DNA of 64,000 nt from an uncultured delta proteobacterium (GCA_963778655.1 CAVZVA010000009.1:1376001-1440000); one strand, 5' to 3'. Shown: positions 1 through 13,318, counted from the stretch's first letter. Made by a program: numbers and translations. Notes: generated by a model not told the origin, from the sequence alone.

Positions 1-1431
1 CTGCCCCAGCGCGTCGATCAGGTACCCGAGCCCGTGGCGGCGCGTGCGCAGGGCGTCGGCGACGGCGCGCTTGAGCTCGGGCGGCGTGCTGCTCTGGTCG
101 TAGATGTCGAGCAGGTCGCGCGTCACCTCCGGCTCGTCGAGCTCGGCCAGCCTCGCCACCGCGTACGCCCGCGCGGGCACCAGGCGATTGTCGCCGTCGA
201 GCGCGATCTCGGCCAGCGAGCGGCGCAGCGGCTCGCCCGCGACCGCGGCGGCCGGGGCCGGCTGCAGGCCCGCGGCCTCGAGCGTGGCCGACGCAAGCTC
301 CACGTCCAGCGCGCGCTTCAGGCGCGCTGCCCCGTCCTCGCCCGCGAGCAGCTCGAACGAGCCGTCCTCGAGCACCAGAGACAGCCCGGCGGGCACGGCC
401 TGCCCGGCGATCGAGTCGCGCGGCAGCACGCGCGCCCAGCGCAGCGCACCGCCCGCGTCGAAGGCAAAGACGTAGCGGTAGAACACGAAGTAGTAGCGGT
501 CGCGCGCAATCCGCAGCCCGTCTGGCCCGACCGCCTCGGGTTGCAGGTACAGCGCGATGCGCCCGCGCGCGCTGCGCCCGCCGGGCTGCGGCCAGAATGC
601 GCTCGGCATGGCTGCAGGGTCTCCCGGCAGCGCGGCGTCCGGCAAGCGGATGAAGCTCGCGTCCTGGCGGCGGCCCCAGTAACCGTGCGCGCCCAGCCGG
701 TATATGCTGCGCTCTCCGAAGAACACCCCGCCCTCGTCCGCACGCACCCAGTCGATCACGTCGTCGCGGCTGCGCAGTCGCTGCAGCTCGCGGCCGCTGC
801 GCGCGTCCAGCACCGACAGGTTCTGGCGCTGCCAGGGCACGAACACCAGGCCGAAAGCCGCAGCCGGCCGCCCCAGCGCTCCGCTCGCCTCGCGCCGCCA
901 CAGCACGCGCCCGCTGCGCGCGTCCAGCGCGGTCAGGCGCGCGTTCGGCGGCGCACGCGGATCGATCGCGCCGGCCTGACAGGTGAAGAACACACGCTCG
1001 GTGTCGCGCGCGGCGCCGAGGTAGGTGCAAGCGCCGGTGGCTGCGGAGAAACGCGCTCGTCCGCTGCGCGCGTCGAATGCGAGCAAGCGTCCGCCCGAGG
1101 TGGTCAGCACCAGGTCGCCCAGCAGCTCCGGACGCGAGTCGGCGCGCACCGCCACGCGCCAGCGCAAGCTGCCGGTGCCGAGGTCATAGGCGATCAGCGC
1201 GGGCTGGTCACCGAAGCTGGCCGCCACCAGCAGGCTGCCCGCATGCGCGCGCGCCCGCGCCGGGGGCAGGCGTTGCAGCAGCGCCTCGGTGCGCGCGGCC
1301 TCGTTGTCGGCGAAGCGGCTGTCGAACGCCGGCGCGAGCGCGCCTGCGCAACCGCCCGCACCCAGCGCGAGCGCCGCCGCCGCGGCAATCCCGATGAAGC
1401 TCCGCGCCCGCTGCCCTCCGCGCGCGCTCAT
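1..1431 (-). CDS. PQQ-like beta-propeller repeat lipoprotein (3' end runs off the window)
   Basis: Not in the ORF track (no stop in the window). Manual translation from ATG 1431 (ATGA overlap with the upstream gene's stop) gives MSARGGQRARSFIGIAAAAALALGAGGC (lipobox), then repeated 'AxDxxSG/TG..W' propeller motifs (AYDLGTGSLRW, AFDARSG, ALDARSGRVLW, VLDARSG). Confidence 0.75.
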   Translation of the reverse strand, partial: MSARGGQRARSFIGIAAAAALALGAGGCAGALAPAFDSRFADNEAARTEALLQRLPPARARAHAGSLLVAASFGDQPALIAYDLGTGSLRWRVAVRADSRPELLGDLVLTTSGGRLLAFDARSGRARFSAATGACTYLGAARDTERVFFTCQAGAIDPRAPPNARLTALDARSGRVLWRREASGALGRPAAAFGLVFVPWQRQNLSVLDARSGRELQRLRSRDDVIDWVRADEGGVFFGERSIYRLGAHGYWGRRQDASFIRLPDAALPGDPAAMPSAFWPQPGGRSARGRIALYLQPEAVGPDGLRIARDRYYFVFYRYVFAFDAGGALRWARVLPRDSIAGQAVPAGLSLVLEDGSFELLAGEDGAARLKRALDVELASATLEAAGLQPAPAAAVAGEPLRRSLAEIALDGDNRLVPARAYAVARLAELDEPEVTRDLLDIYDQSSTPPELKRAVADALRTRRHGLGYLIDALGQ

Positions 1432-2297
1432 CTTTGCCTCGCTCGCGGTTCGGGCGCCGGCGGCCGCGGGCGCTCGTCGATGCGGCGCGCGGTGTCGACC
1501 AGCGAGCGCTGCAGCCGCGGCTGCTTCGACCAGTCGCGGTCGGCCTGCATGTGCTCGAGAAAGCGCTTGACGGTGACGCCCGCCACCTCGCCCAGCTGCG
1601 CCACGATCCCGAGCTTGACCTGCTCTGTGAGATCGTCGCGCACGAGCATCTGCTCGTAGCCACCCAGCATCACCTGGATCGGCGTGCGCCCGAGCTGGGC
1701 GCCGAAGCGCGCGACCCCCGCCGCATCGACCAGCTTGCCGAGCGCGGGGCCGGCCTCGGGCACGCCGCGCTCGAGCGCGCGAAACAGCGGCTCGAGCTGA
1801 GCGCGCGCGCCGCGCTCCCCGAGCAGGCGCGCGCACACGCCGCGCACGCCGGCATCAACGTCGCGCAGGCCTTGGGCCAGCAGCTCGTCGGCGGCCTCTC
1901 CGGCGATGCGCCCGATCGCCGTGTACGCCGCGGCCCGCGCGCTCGCGCGGCGGTGGTGGGTCATCTCGGCCAGCACCGGCAGCGCTTCGAGCGAGCGCGT
2001 TGCGCCCAGCGCCTGGATCGCGCGATCGGCCAGCGCATCGGGCTGGCCCTGGTGCAGCAGCTCGCCGAGCGCCTGCGTTGCGCCGGGCTCGGCGTGCTCC
2101 ACCAGCACGTCGAGCGCACGCGCAATCCGGATCGGCTCGCCGCTGCGCAGGTCGGCCGTCAGCGCCGCCAGCGCCGGGCGCGCCGCCGAAGGGCCAGCCG
2201 CGCGCGCCGTGCTCGCTGCGACCAGCAGCATGGCGACAGCCCCCAGGGCGCACACCCTGCGAGCGCTCGAGAACCCGCAGCCTCTCTCGATCGGCAT
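1428..2297 (-). CDS. HEAT-repeat protein with signal peptide
   Basis: ORF 1428..2510 with HEAT-like repeats (RAIQALGAT, ARAAAYTAIGRI, LRDVDAGVRGVCARLLG). Start trimmed to ATG 2297, ahead of the hydrophobic AxA signal; start uncertain. Confidence 0.75.
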   Translation of the reverse strand: MPIERGCGFSSARRVCALGAVAMLLVAASTARAAGPSAARPALAALTADLRSGEPIRIARALDVLVEHAEPGATQALGELLHQGQPDALADRAIQALGATRSLEALPVLAEMTHHRRASARAAAYTAIGRIAGEAADELLAQGLRDVDAGVRGVCARLLGERGARAQLEPLFRALERGVPEAGPALGKLVDAAGVARFGAQLGRTPIQVMLGGYEQMLVRDDLTEQVKLGIVAQLGEVAGVTVKRFLEHMQADRDWSKQPRLQRSLVDTARRIDERPRPPAPEPRARQR

Positions 2298-2610
2298 CCG
2301 CGCGCGTGCTCCAGCCGTGACGTCCTTCTGGCAGGTTGATCCGGGCAAGTGAAGCGAGCTCGCGGCAGAAAGGAATCGGGCCGCGGGGGCCGGCAAGGGC
2401 AGGGCGGGAGGAGCGCGTGCCTGCTCCCCGTAAGAAGACCGGGATGGCTCAATCTTGGCACGACCGAGGACCACATGCCCCCGCTCGTAGGCACCGGCGC
2501 ACTCTGCCACTTTTCTGTGCCAGGACGTAAGCGATGTTATAATAGCGGGCTCCGGCTCCGAGCCGCTCGGAGCCCTGCAGGGCCAAGCTCACCGGGTTTG
2601 TCCGGTGGGT

Positions 2611-2636
2611 GCGAGAGGGTCGCGCGACCCTCCCGC
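2611..2636. repeat. REP-like palindrome, copy 1 (copy 2 at 54618-54641)
   Basis: GCGAGAGGGTCGCGCGACCCTCCCGC; near-identical intergenic palindrome CGGGAGGGTCGCGTGACCCTCCCG at 54618-54641. Confidence 0.6.
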
Positions 2637-2737
2637 GAGCTGCTGGCGGTTGTGCGCTATCTGTGGGACAGGCGAGAGACCGGCGCCGGTCGGCGCCTTA
2701 GGGACGACTCAGCCCCGATCCACGGGGAGAGGCCGAG

Positions 2738-5479
2738 ATGGCCAGCTCGACGCTATCGCAGCGGTTCGCCGCGCCCGGGCGCGTGTGGGGACGCGGCTAT
2801 GTGCGCATGCGTCTGGCCGCACTGTGCCTGCTCGCGCTCGCGGCGTTGCTGCTGCTGCGCGGCCCCAGCGTGGGGACCACGCGTGGAGACGCCGAAGGCT
2901 GGATCAACGCCTGGCTGGCGCGGCGCGGGCTCAGCATGCGGCCCGGACAGCTGGTGTGGCTGGCGCCGCCGCGCGGTCCGTTCGGCCTGCGGCCACTGCT
3001 GCTGGTGGCACACCGCGCGGGCGAGCTCGACGACATCTACTACGTCGAGCTGCGTACCGGCGACACCGGCGCGGTGCTCGACGCGTGGTGGTTGACCAAC
3101 GTCACCCGTAGCTCGAGCGCTTCGGAGGGCAACCTCACGCAGCTGGGACCGTACGTAGCGTTTCTGACCCGGCTCGGCGAACAGACCGACGCCGTCGGCG
3201 TGCTGGATACGCGCGGTGAGGGCCGCCACGTGACCCGCGGGTGGCCGGCCTTTGCCCGCGCACAGAACGCGCTGACCAATTTGCAGGAGACCGGGCGGCT
3301 GCAGGGCTTTGGCCGGCGCTACTACCGGTTCGTCAGCCCACCGCAGTCGATCGCGCTGTCGGCACGCGACGGCCACTTCGTGGCGCGGGCCGACGGCGCC
3401 AAGATCGTGATCGATCCCGAGCGGCTGCGGCCTGCGCTCGGCGCGCCGCGAGTGCGGGTGCAGCAGGTGGAGAAAGGCCGGCCGGGCACCATCACCTGGC
3501 TGGTCGACGTGGTGCGCAACGTCTCCTGGATCGGCCCCGAGCCCGTGGCCTGGCTCGAGCACAGCGTATTCGGGCTCACCGACCGCCTGACCCGCGCCTA
3601 TCACGGGTTGGTGCACGAGGATACGGGCGCCGAGATGCGCGACGCGCTCGCCGTGCCGCATGCCGCGCCGCGCCCGCGGCCGGCGGAAAAGCCGCCCGAG
3701 CCCGAGCCCAAATCGCTGCTGACCGAGCCCGACCCCGAGCTACGCTGGCCGCCCCCGCCGCTGCACCGCGTCATCAACGGACGCGTGCGCGGGGAGGGGC
3801 AGTGGCTCCCGCTCTCGGACGACCCGTTCGTCAACACCTACCCGAACGCGCCGCCGGCCTTCTATCAGACCTTCATCCGGGTCGACCCCGACCGGCCTTA
3901 TACCAGCGTCTACATCACGCTGTGGGACCCGCGCCAGGTGCAGCTGCACGTGGCCATGGGCACCAAAGAGCCCGAGAGCGCCACCGGCGAGACCGGCAGT
4001 GGCGAGATCCCGCGCGAGCCGGACGTGCTGGCGCGGCTGGTGGGCGCCTTCAATGGCGGCTTTCAAGCCATGCACGGCGAGTTCGGGATGATGGCCGAGG
4101 GCAACGTCTACCTGCCGCCCAAGCCGTATGCGGCGACGGTGGCGGTGTTCGACGATGGCCGCGTGGGCATGGGCTCCTGGCCCGGGCCCGGCCGCGAGGG
4201 CTGGGACGAGGAGCGCGCGAACGCGCAGATCCCGCGCGACATGATCGCGATGCGCCAGAACCTCACCAGCGTGGTCGAGAACGGCGTCTACAACCCGTGG
4301 GACCGCTGGTGGTGGGGAGCGGCGCCGACCTTCGCGCAGGAGCAGACCTACATCGCGCGCTCTGGACTGTGCCTGACTTCCGAAGGCTACATGGCGTTCC
4401 TGTGGGGCGAGTCGATGGGCCCCGAGGAGCTGGGCAAGGCGATGCTGGCGCTGCGCTGCGTGCGCGGCATGCACCTCGACATGAACAGCAAGCACACCGG
4501 TTTCGAGCTGTACCACCCGACCGCGCCCGGGAAGGCGGAGCCCCCGCTCGGGCGCGCGCTGCGCGAGATGGAATACGACGGTCCGATCGAGCGCGGCCTG
4601 GGCTTCCGCTTTCGCGCGCGGCTTGCGGTCAAGACCATGAGCCCGCTGCGCTTTCCGCGCTACCTGCAGCGCGATCCGCGCGACTTCTTCTTCCTCACGC
4701 TCAAGGCCGTGTTGCCCGGGCCCGAGGTCCAGGTCGATGCCCACAAGGTGGCGTTCTCCAGCGCGGGGCTGCCCCAGGTGGGTTGGCCGGCCGCTTTTGC
4801 GCGAGCGCGGCTGGGCGAAGAGACGAAGCCGGGCACCTGGCTGCTGCGGATCGATCCGGCACGCGCCGTGCCCGCGCCGCTCGCGCCCGCGGAGCTCGAG
4901 CAACCGTTGGCGCGGCTTGCGGGCGTGGAGGCTGCGGGCGGCACGGGCGCGCTCGCGCTGTACGCGGTCCACGTCCACGGCCACCTGCGCTATTGCGTGG
5001 GCGAGCCGCCTGCGGATGCGACCATCGTGTTGCGCGGGCCGGAGCTCAAGCCAGGGGTGGCGGCGCTGCGTGCGCTCGGCGTCGATCACGAGGGCTTCCT
5101 GCTCTACGCCGAGACCACCCCCGAGCAGGCGCCGGGCCTGGGCCCGCGCTTGCGGCAGGCCGGCGTCGCGCGCGCATTGATGCTGCCCGACGAGAGCAGG
5201 CTGGCGTTTGCGGTGGGCGACAAGTCGGTGGCGGTCGATGGCCGCCATGAGGTCGCGCAGAAGGGCGGGTTGGCGCTGCTGGCCGAGACGCGGCCCGCGG
5301 CCCAGGTCATCTTCGCCGACGTCAAGCCCAGGCCGTACTACCGCTGGGGTGCGCTCCAGGGCCAGCGCGTGCGCTATTTCCCGACCGGCCAGCCGCGCTT
5401 CCGAGCGCCCGAGGAGGCGCTCAATCCCCCCGGCCAGCCGCCCCCCGACGCCGGCGTTCCGCGCGCCTCGCTGCGCTGA
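2738..5479 (+). CDS. Large membrane-anchored protein with phosphodiester glycosidase (NAGPA-like) domain
   Basis: 913-aa ORF with N-terminal TM; motifs LVGAFNGGF...FGM, ARSGLC and RGMHLDMN resemble the phosphodiester glycosidase family. Confidence 0.6.
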   Translation: MASSTLSQRFAAPGRVWGRGYVRMRLAALCLLALAALLLLRGPSVGTTRGDAEGWINAWLARRGLSMRPGQLVWLAPPRGPFGLRPLLLVAHRAGELDDIYYVELRTGDTGAVLDAWWLTNVTRSSSASEGNLTQLGPYVAFLTRLGEQTDAVGVLDTRGEGRHVTRGWPAFARAQNALTNLQETGRLQGFGRRYYRFVSPPQSIALSARDGHFVARADGAKIVIDPERLRPALGAPRVRVQQVEKGRPGTITWLVDVVRNVSWIGPEPVAWLEHSVFGLTDRLTRAYHGLVHEDTGAEMRDALAVPHAAPRPRPAEKPPEPEPKSLLTEPDPELRWPPPPLHRVINGRVRGEGQWLPLSDDPFVNTYPNAPPAFYQTFIRVDPDRPYTSVYITLWDPRQVQLHVAMGTKEPESATGETGSGEIPREPDVLARLVGAFNGGFQAMHGEFGMMAEGNVYLPPKPYAATVAVFDDGRVGMGSWPGPGREGWDEERANAQIPRDMIAMRQNLTSVVENGVYNPWDRWWWGAAPTFAQEQTYIARSGLCLTSEGYMAFLWGESMGPEELGKAMLALRCVRGMHLDMNSKHTGFELYHPTAPGKAEPPLGRALREMEYDGPIERGLGFRFRARLAVKTMSPLRFPRYLQRDPRDFFFLTLKAVLPGPEVQVDAHKVAFSSAGLPQVGWPAAFARARLGEETKPGTWLLRIDPARAVPAPLAPAELEQPLARLAGVEAAGGTGALALYAVHVHGHLRYCVGEPPADATIVLRGPELKPGVAALRALGVDHEGFLLYAETTPEQAPGLGPRLRQAGVARALMLPDESRLAFAVGDKSVAVDGRHEVAQKGGLALLAETRPAAQVIFADVKPRPYYRWGALQGQRVRYFPTGQPRFRAPEEALNPPGQPPPDAGVPRASLR

Positions 5480-5553
5480 AAAAGCGCTGCAAGAACGTCG
5501 CAATTGCTTCCCATCGGCGGGGATGGCTAGTATGCGTCGCTGCGAGGGTCGGT

Positions 5554-8141
<2,588 letters not shown>

Positions 8142-8372
8142 GCGCGTTCTGTCCTCATCGGGAGAGGCACGCGCCCCTCCCGCGGGGGGCTCCCGCATCG
8201 CAGCGTGCGCCGGCAAACCCGGCCGCCCCGGCAAACCCGGCCGCCCTGGGACCAAGAAATCCACAGGAAGGCGGGAAGTCCCGAGTGTCTTGTTCTTCTC
8301 GCCTTCCCGTTGAAGCTTTCCGAAGAGCCATTCCTGGACGGGCAACTAGCCAGGGTCCATGGCGTCCGCGCG

Positions 8373-8984
8373 TCACTCGACTCGGTCGTGCACGATCAGC
8401 AAGGGGTCGAGCACGAGCTCGCCGTTCTCGACCGTGGCGGTGCGCTCGAACAGCGAGAGCACGCCGTCGCCGTCGAGGTCGCCTTCGGCGCGCAGGGTCA
8501 GCAAGTCGCCCCCGTCGTCGCGCCCACTGAGCCCGCAGCCGGAACGTGCGGGCAGTATTGAGTAACGGTAGCGGAGCGCCTCGTGGGGGTCATAGCCGAG
8601 CGCGCGCCAGATCGGCGCGCCCGGCGTGTCCGGCGCACCGAAGTTGACGGGAACCGGCTCGCGCGAGGGCTGGCTCGGCGTCGGTCCCGCAGCCGCGGGC
8701 AGGCAGCGGCCCGGCGTCATGGGCCCCGCTTGCACCGCCTGCGCCAGCGCGTCGGCGGCCGCGCCTTGTGCTGGCGACGCAGCGGGTGCGGGCGCGGCGT
8801 AATAGGCGGCCGCGGCCGCGTAGATGCGCTGCAGCTGCTCCGGCGCTTCGGCCATCTTGCTCGTGCGCAGGGCGCGCGCGAAGGCCGGGATGCCGACCGC
8901 CAGCACGATGCCGAGCAAGCACACGACCAGCGCTGCCTCGATCAGCGTCAGTCCTTGCGTCCTGCGGGGGTCTCGGCGTAGCAC
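8373..8984 (-). CDS. Type IV pilin-like protein (minor pilin paralogue)
   Basis: Prepilin motif RRTQG|LTLIEAALVVCLLGIVLAVGIPAF; SKMAEA helix; C-terminal AEGDLDGDG. GTG start at 8984 inferred. Confidence 0.8.
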   Translation of the reverse strand: MLRRDPRRTQGLTLIEAALVVCLLGIVLAVGIPAFARALRTSKMAEAPEQLQRIYAAAAAYYAAPAPAASPAQGAAADALAQAVQAGPMTPGRCLPAAAGPTPSQPSREPVPVNFGAPDTPGAPIWRALGYDPHEALRYRYSILPARSGCGLSGRDDGGDLLTLRAEGDLDGDGVLSLFERTATVENGELVLDPLLIVHDRVE

Positions 8985-9015
8985 GGCCGCAGTCTGCGCC
9001 GCGGGACGCGAGCGC

Positions 9016-9915
9016 TCAAGGTGGCGGGCTGGACGGCTCGGTGAAGCGGTCGGCCTCCGGGTCGAAGTCGCGCAGCAGCAGCGCCGTTCCATCGAACGGA
9101 GGCCGCGGCCCGACCAGCAGGTAGAGGTCTGGGTCGAGATAGGGGAAGTCGCGCTTGCGCGCGCGCTCCAGCTCTTCGTCGGTGCGCCGCAGGGCCTCGG
9201 CGTAGGCACTGCTGCGCAGCAGCGCCAGCCGCGCTTCGATACCCGCCTTCATGGCTGGGTCGGAGACCTGGGCGTAGACTTCCTGCAGGTGCGAGATCTC
9301 CTGCTCGTGCTGGCCCAGGCGATCGAGCTCGGCCGCGGTGCTCAGCCCGAGCCAGGGCGGCCCGGCCCCGCGCAGCGCGGCCACCTTGAGGTGCTCGACG
9401 CCGCGCTGCCGGGCTTCGGTGATCTGCGCCGGGTCCTTCAGCATCGGTACCAACTCGTACAGGTAGTCCGCGCCCAGATTCCACGCGACCTCGCCGTCGT
9501 CGGGATAGAGCTGTGCGGCTTGTTCCAGGTAGTGGATCGCTTTGCGCGCGTCCTTGGCCGTCACGCTGCCGCTGCGATACAGGGCGCACGACGCCACCCA
9601 GCTGTAGACGCGTTTGAAATGGGGATCGAGCGCGAGCATGGCGTCGGCGTAGTTGTAGAGATTGCTGACTTGGCCACCGTGCAGCAGCTCGTCGCCGAAA
9701 TAGATCAGGCTGCGCAGCCAGATCAGGTCGGCTAGGGCCTCCCGATGGCCGAGCGAGAACACCTGTAGCCACGCCGGCGGCGGTAAGTAGTAGATGTCCT
9801 CGTAGCGCTGAGTAGCCAGGAAGTGCGCTTGCCCGTTGCGGCGGGTGACACGCACAGCGCCGACGGCGACCACCAGCGCCAGCGCCAGGCCTCCCACGCT
9901 TGCGAGACGACGCAC
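9016..9915 (-). CDS. Pilin-accessory membrane/TPR-like protein (Myxococcus PilG / Geobacter XapA-like)
   Basis: N-terminal TM; LADLIWLRSLIYFG, LDPHF, YLEQAAQLYPDD..VAWNLG motifs; lies directly downstream of pilA. Start uncertain (GTG 9915 or ATG 9996). Confidence 0.65.
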   Translation of the reverse strand: MRRLASVGGLALALVVAVGAVRVTRRNGQAHFLATQRYEDIYYLPPPAWLQVFSLGHREALADLIWLRSLIYFGDELLHGGQVSNLYNYADAMLALDPHFKRVYSWVASCALYRSGSVTAKDARKAIHYLEQAAQLYPDDGEVAWNLGADYLYELVPMLKDPAQITEARQRGVEHLKVAALRGAGPPWLGLSTAAELDRLGQHEQEISHLQEVYAQVSDPAMKAGIEARLALLRSSAYAEALRRTDEELERARKRDFPYLDPDLYLLVGPRPPFDGTALLLRDFDPEADRFTEPSSPPP

Positions 9916-9953
9916 AGCGGGCAGTCTTTCGCCGCGCGCGCCCCGGCGTCCAG

Positions 9954-9989
9954 AAAAAAAAGCTCCCCGGCCACCGGCCGGGGAGCTTT
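9954..9989 (-). terminator. Intrinsic terminator downstream of pilA
   Basis: Minus strand reads GCTCCCCGGCC-GGT-GGCCGGGGAGC followed by T8, about 27 nt after the pilA stop. Confidence 0.85.
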
Positions 9990-10015
9990 CAGCCATCGAG
10001 GCTGCCCGTACGCTG

Positions 10016-10558
10016 CTACTCGATTTCGTTCGCGATGTAGAAGCCGCGCGCGTGGTACAGGGTGTTGTCGTTGTCGACGCGGACTGCGAGCTCGAACGTG
10101 CTGTTGATGTTGTCGCCGTCCAAGTCACCGTTCGCGAAGAAGGTGTAGACGTCGGTATTGGCGCTCTGGCTGCACGCGCCAGTCGGAGTGCCGGAGGTGA
10201 TGCCGTAGCCGAAGTACACGTAATCGGCGATCTTGAAGCCCAACGCGGTCGCGTTGGTGCCCGCGGTGTACTGAACCTTGTCGGCGCCGGGGTTCGCGGG
10301 GTTGATTCCCTCGCTGCCGACGATGCAGTACGAGGAGTTGCCAGCGGTGACGCCGCGGCCGGTGCGCTCCTGGTTGAAGTACGAAGCGGCGGACTTGAAC
10401 ATCGAGTTCAGGTTGCCGGTCGCTTCGGACGTCTTGGAGCGGCGCACGTAACCGATGAACGCCGGAATCGCGAGGGCGGCCAAGATGCCCAAGATCGCGA
10501 CGACGATCATCAGCTCGATGAGCGTGAAGCCTGACTTCTTTTTCAACAGTTTGGCCAT
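10016..10558 (-). CDS. pilA: Type IVa major pilin
   Basis: MAKLLKKKSG|FTLIELMIVVAILGILAALAIPAF; has its own sigma54 promoter and terminator; 180 aa. Confidence 0.9.
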   Translation of the reverse strand: MAKLLKKKSGFTLIELMIVVAILGILAALAIPAFIGYVRRSKTSEATGNLNSMFKSAASYFNQERTGRGVTAGNSSYCIVGSEGINPANPGADKVQYTAGTNATALGFKIADYVYFGYGITSGTPTGACSQSANTDVYTFFANGDLDGDNINSTFELAVRVDNDNTLYHARGFYIANEIE

Positions 10559-10644
10559 GGTGGGTTGTTCTGTACCTTTCTGCGATGGGCTGCGCCCGCT
10601 GGTTTGGGCCCGCACCTGCGAGCCGCGTTGGCGATCGCACCAAG

Positions 10645-10661
10645 ATGCACGGCGCGTGCCA
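10645..10661 (-). promoter_or_regulatory. Sigma54 (-24/-12) promoter of pilA
   Basis: Minus strand TGGCAC-GCGCC-GTGCAT matches TGGCAC-N5-TTGCW with GG-N10-GC spacing, ~87 nt upstream of the pilA ATG; a PilR-like activator is encoded upstream. Confidence 0.85.
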
Positions 10662-10755
10662 TTTTGGAAAAATGCGCTGTTGCCGCGAAGCGTCTCCATT
10701 CGTGGCTAGTCGCACGTCCCAGGCCGACGCGCAGCGTCACCGCGGCAGGCCGGCG

Positions 10756-10772
10756 GTGACAAAAAACGGCAC
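10756..10772. promoter_or_regulatory. Candidate enhancer (UAS) for the PilR-like activator
   Basis: Imperfect palindrome GTGAC-AAAAAAC-GGCAC with an A-tract core, ~100 bp upstream of the -24 element. Confidence 0.4.
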
Positions 10773-10888
10773 ACTTGCTTGTGGTGCCGAGAGGGCGCAC
10801 GCGCGGCAATGCCGCACATCGCGCGGAGGGTCGCCGCGGTTGCCGCCCCAAAATTGAGTCCCCGGATTGCGGCCGCAGGCCGCGGCGG

Positions 10889-11461
10889 CTACTCCCAGCC
10901 TTGATCCGGCGAGTACCACACGCCGCGGGTGAAGCTGGTCAGCTCGAAGGTGCAATAGATGCCGTCGTCGTCCAGGTCGCCGAATGCCTGGGCCACAAAG
11001 TAGTGGTCGGTCGGCGCGAAGTAGGGGTCGGCGCCTACGTTGGCTGCTGCCACCGTCGGCAGGCCCGCCGCCACCCCATAGGAGAAGCGCACCGGTCCGT
11101 CCGGCCTGGCGCCGATCAGACTGAAGAACGCATCGGAAGCGGGGAAGGGCACGCTCGCGCTGTGGGGGCTCTTGCTCGTGGCGGGGACCGCTTGCGCGAA
11201 CACGCCGTCCGGGCTCGGAGACGCGAGCCCGCCCTGCTGTGCGTACTGCCCGAACTCGGCGCGGTAGGCCTCTTCGCGCAGCTTGATCACGCCGAGAAAT
11301 TCCGTGGCTTCGGAGGTGCGCGACTTCTGGATGTAGCCGGTGAAGGTCGGAATCGCGATCGCGGCGAGCACGCCGGTGATCACGACCACGATCATCAGCT
11401 CCATCAGGCTGTAGCCTGCGCGCGAAGGTGCGTTATCGGGGAAAGGTGGTTGTGCGTTCAT
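10889..11461 (-). CDS. Type IV pilin-like protein (second paralogue)
   Basis: SRAG|YSLMELMIVVVITGVLAAIAIPTF...KSRTSEA; C-terminal AFGDLDDDG. Confidence 0.85.
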   Translation of the reverse strand: MNAQPPFPDNAPSRAGYSLMELMIVVVITGVLAAIAIPTFTGYIQKSRTSEATEFLGVIKLREEAYRAEFGQYAQQGGLASPSPDGVFAQAVPATSKSPHSASVPFPASDAFFSLIGARPDGPVRFSYGVAAGLPTVAAANVGADPYFAPTDHYFVAQAFGDLDDDGIYCTFELTSFTRGVWYSPDQGWE

Positions 11462-11548
11462 GTGCGCGGTGGGTGGGCGGACGATCGAGGATCGCCCTGC
11501 AGTATAGGCGCTGATCGCGCGCCGCACCAACTGCGCGCGTGAGCGCGG

Positions 11549-12967
<1,419 letters not shown>

Positions 12968-13033
12968 CCTGCCTAGCCTACCACGCCCTCGATCGGGACC
13001 AATGCCCGCGCGACCCCGAGGTTCGCTGCATCC

Positions 13034-13318
13034 TCAGAAGCCGACCGAGCCGCCCGGGCTGCGACGGTCCTTGCGCCGTGCGTCCAGCAGCGCGTGCACT
13101 ACCGCGTACTCGAGGTAGAAGGTCCCGCGGTCGCGCGCTTCGACTTCGAGATGGGCGTCCGCCAGCACCAGCGAGAGCACGTGGTCGATCGCGACGGCCC
13201 GACCCGGTTGTCCGAGATAGAGCGTCAGGTCGTGCTCCTCTTTGACCCGGTAGCGGTCGCCGTCGAGGCGCACCGCATCGGTGCGCTGCAAGATGGTCAC
13301 CAGGGTTTCGCGCGACAT
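13034..13318 (-). CDS. Small hypothetical protein (94 aa)
   Basis: Globular-looking part of ORF 13034..13546 from MSRETLVTIL; ends ...RRSPGGSVGF. Confidence 0.65.
   Translation of the reverse strand: MSRETLVTILQRTDAVRLDGDRYRVKEEHDLTLYLGQPGRAVAIDHVLSLVLADAHLEVEARDRGTFYLEYAVVHALLDARRKDRRSPGGSVGF

Noticed and set aside
34..1659. Long plus-strand ORF (541 aa) and many similar long antisense or alternate-frame ORFs throughout the window
   Set aside because: Shadow ORFs of high-GC coding strands; Arg/Ala-rich with no motifs, overlapping better-supported genes.
8210..8245. 18-bp tandem duplication CCGGCAAACCCGGCCGCC x2
   Set aside because: Only two units in an intergenic region; likely slippage with no evident function.
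10737..10766. GTCACCGC/GCGGTGAC hairpin plus A6 as a terminator
   Set aside because: The U-tract would precede, not follow, the hairpin on the transcribed minus strand; better read as part of the enhancer region.
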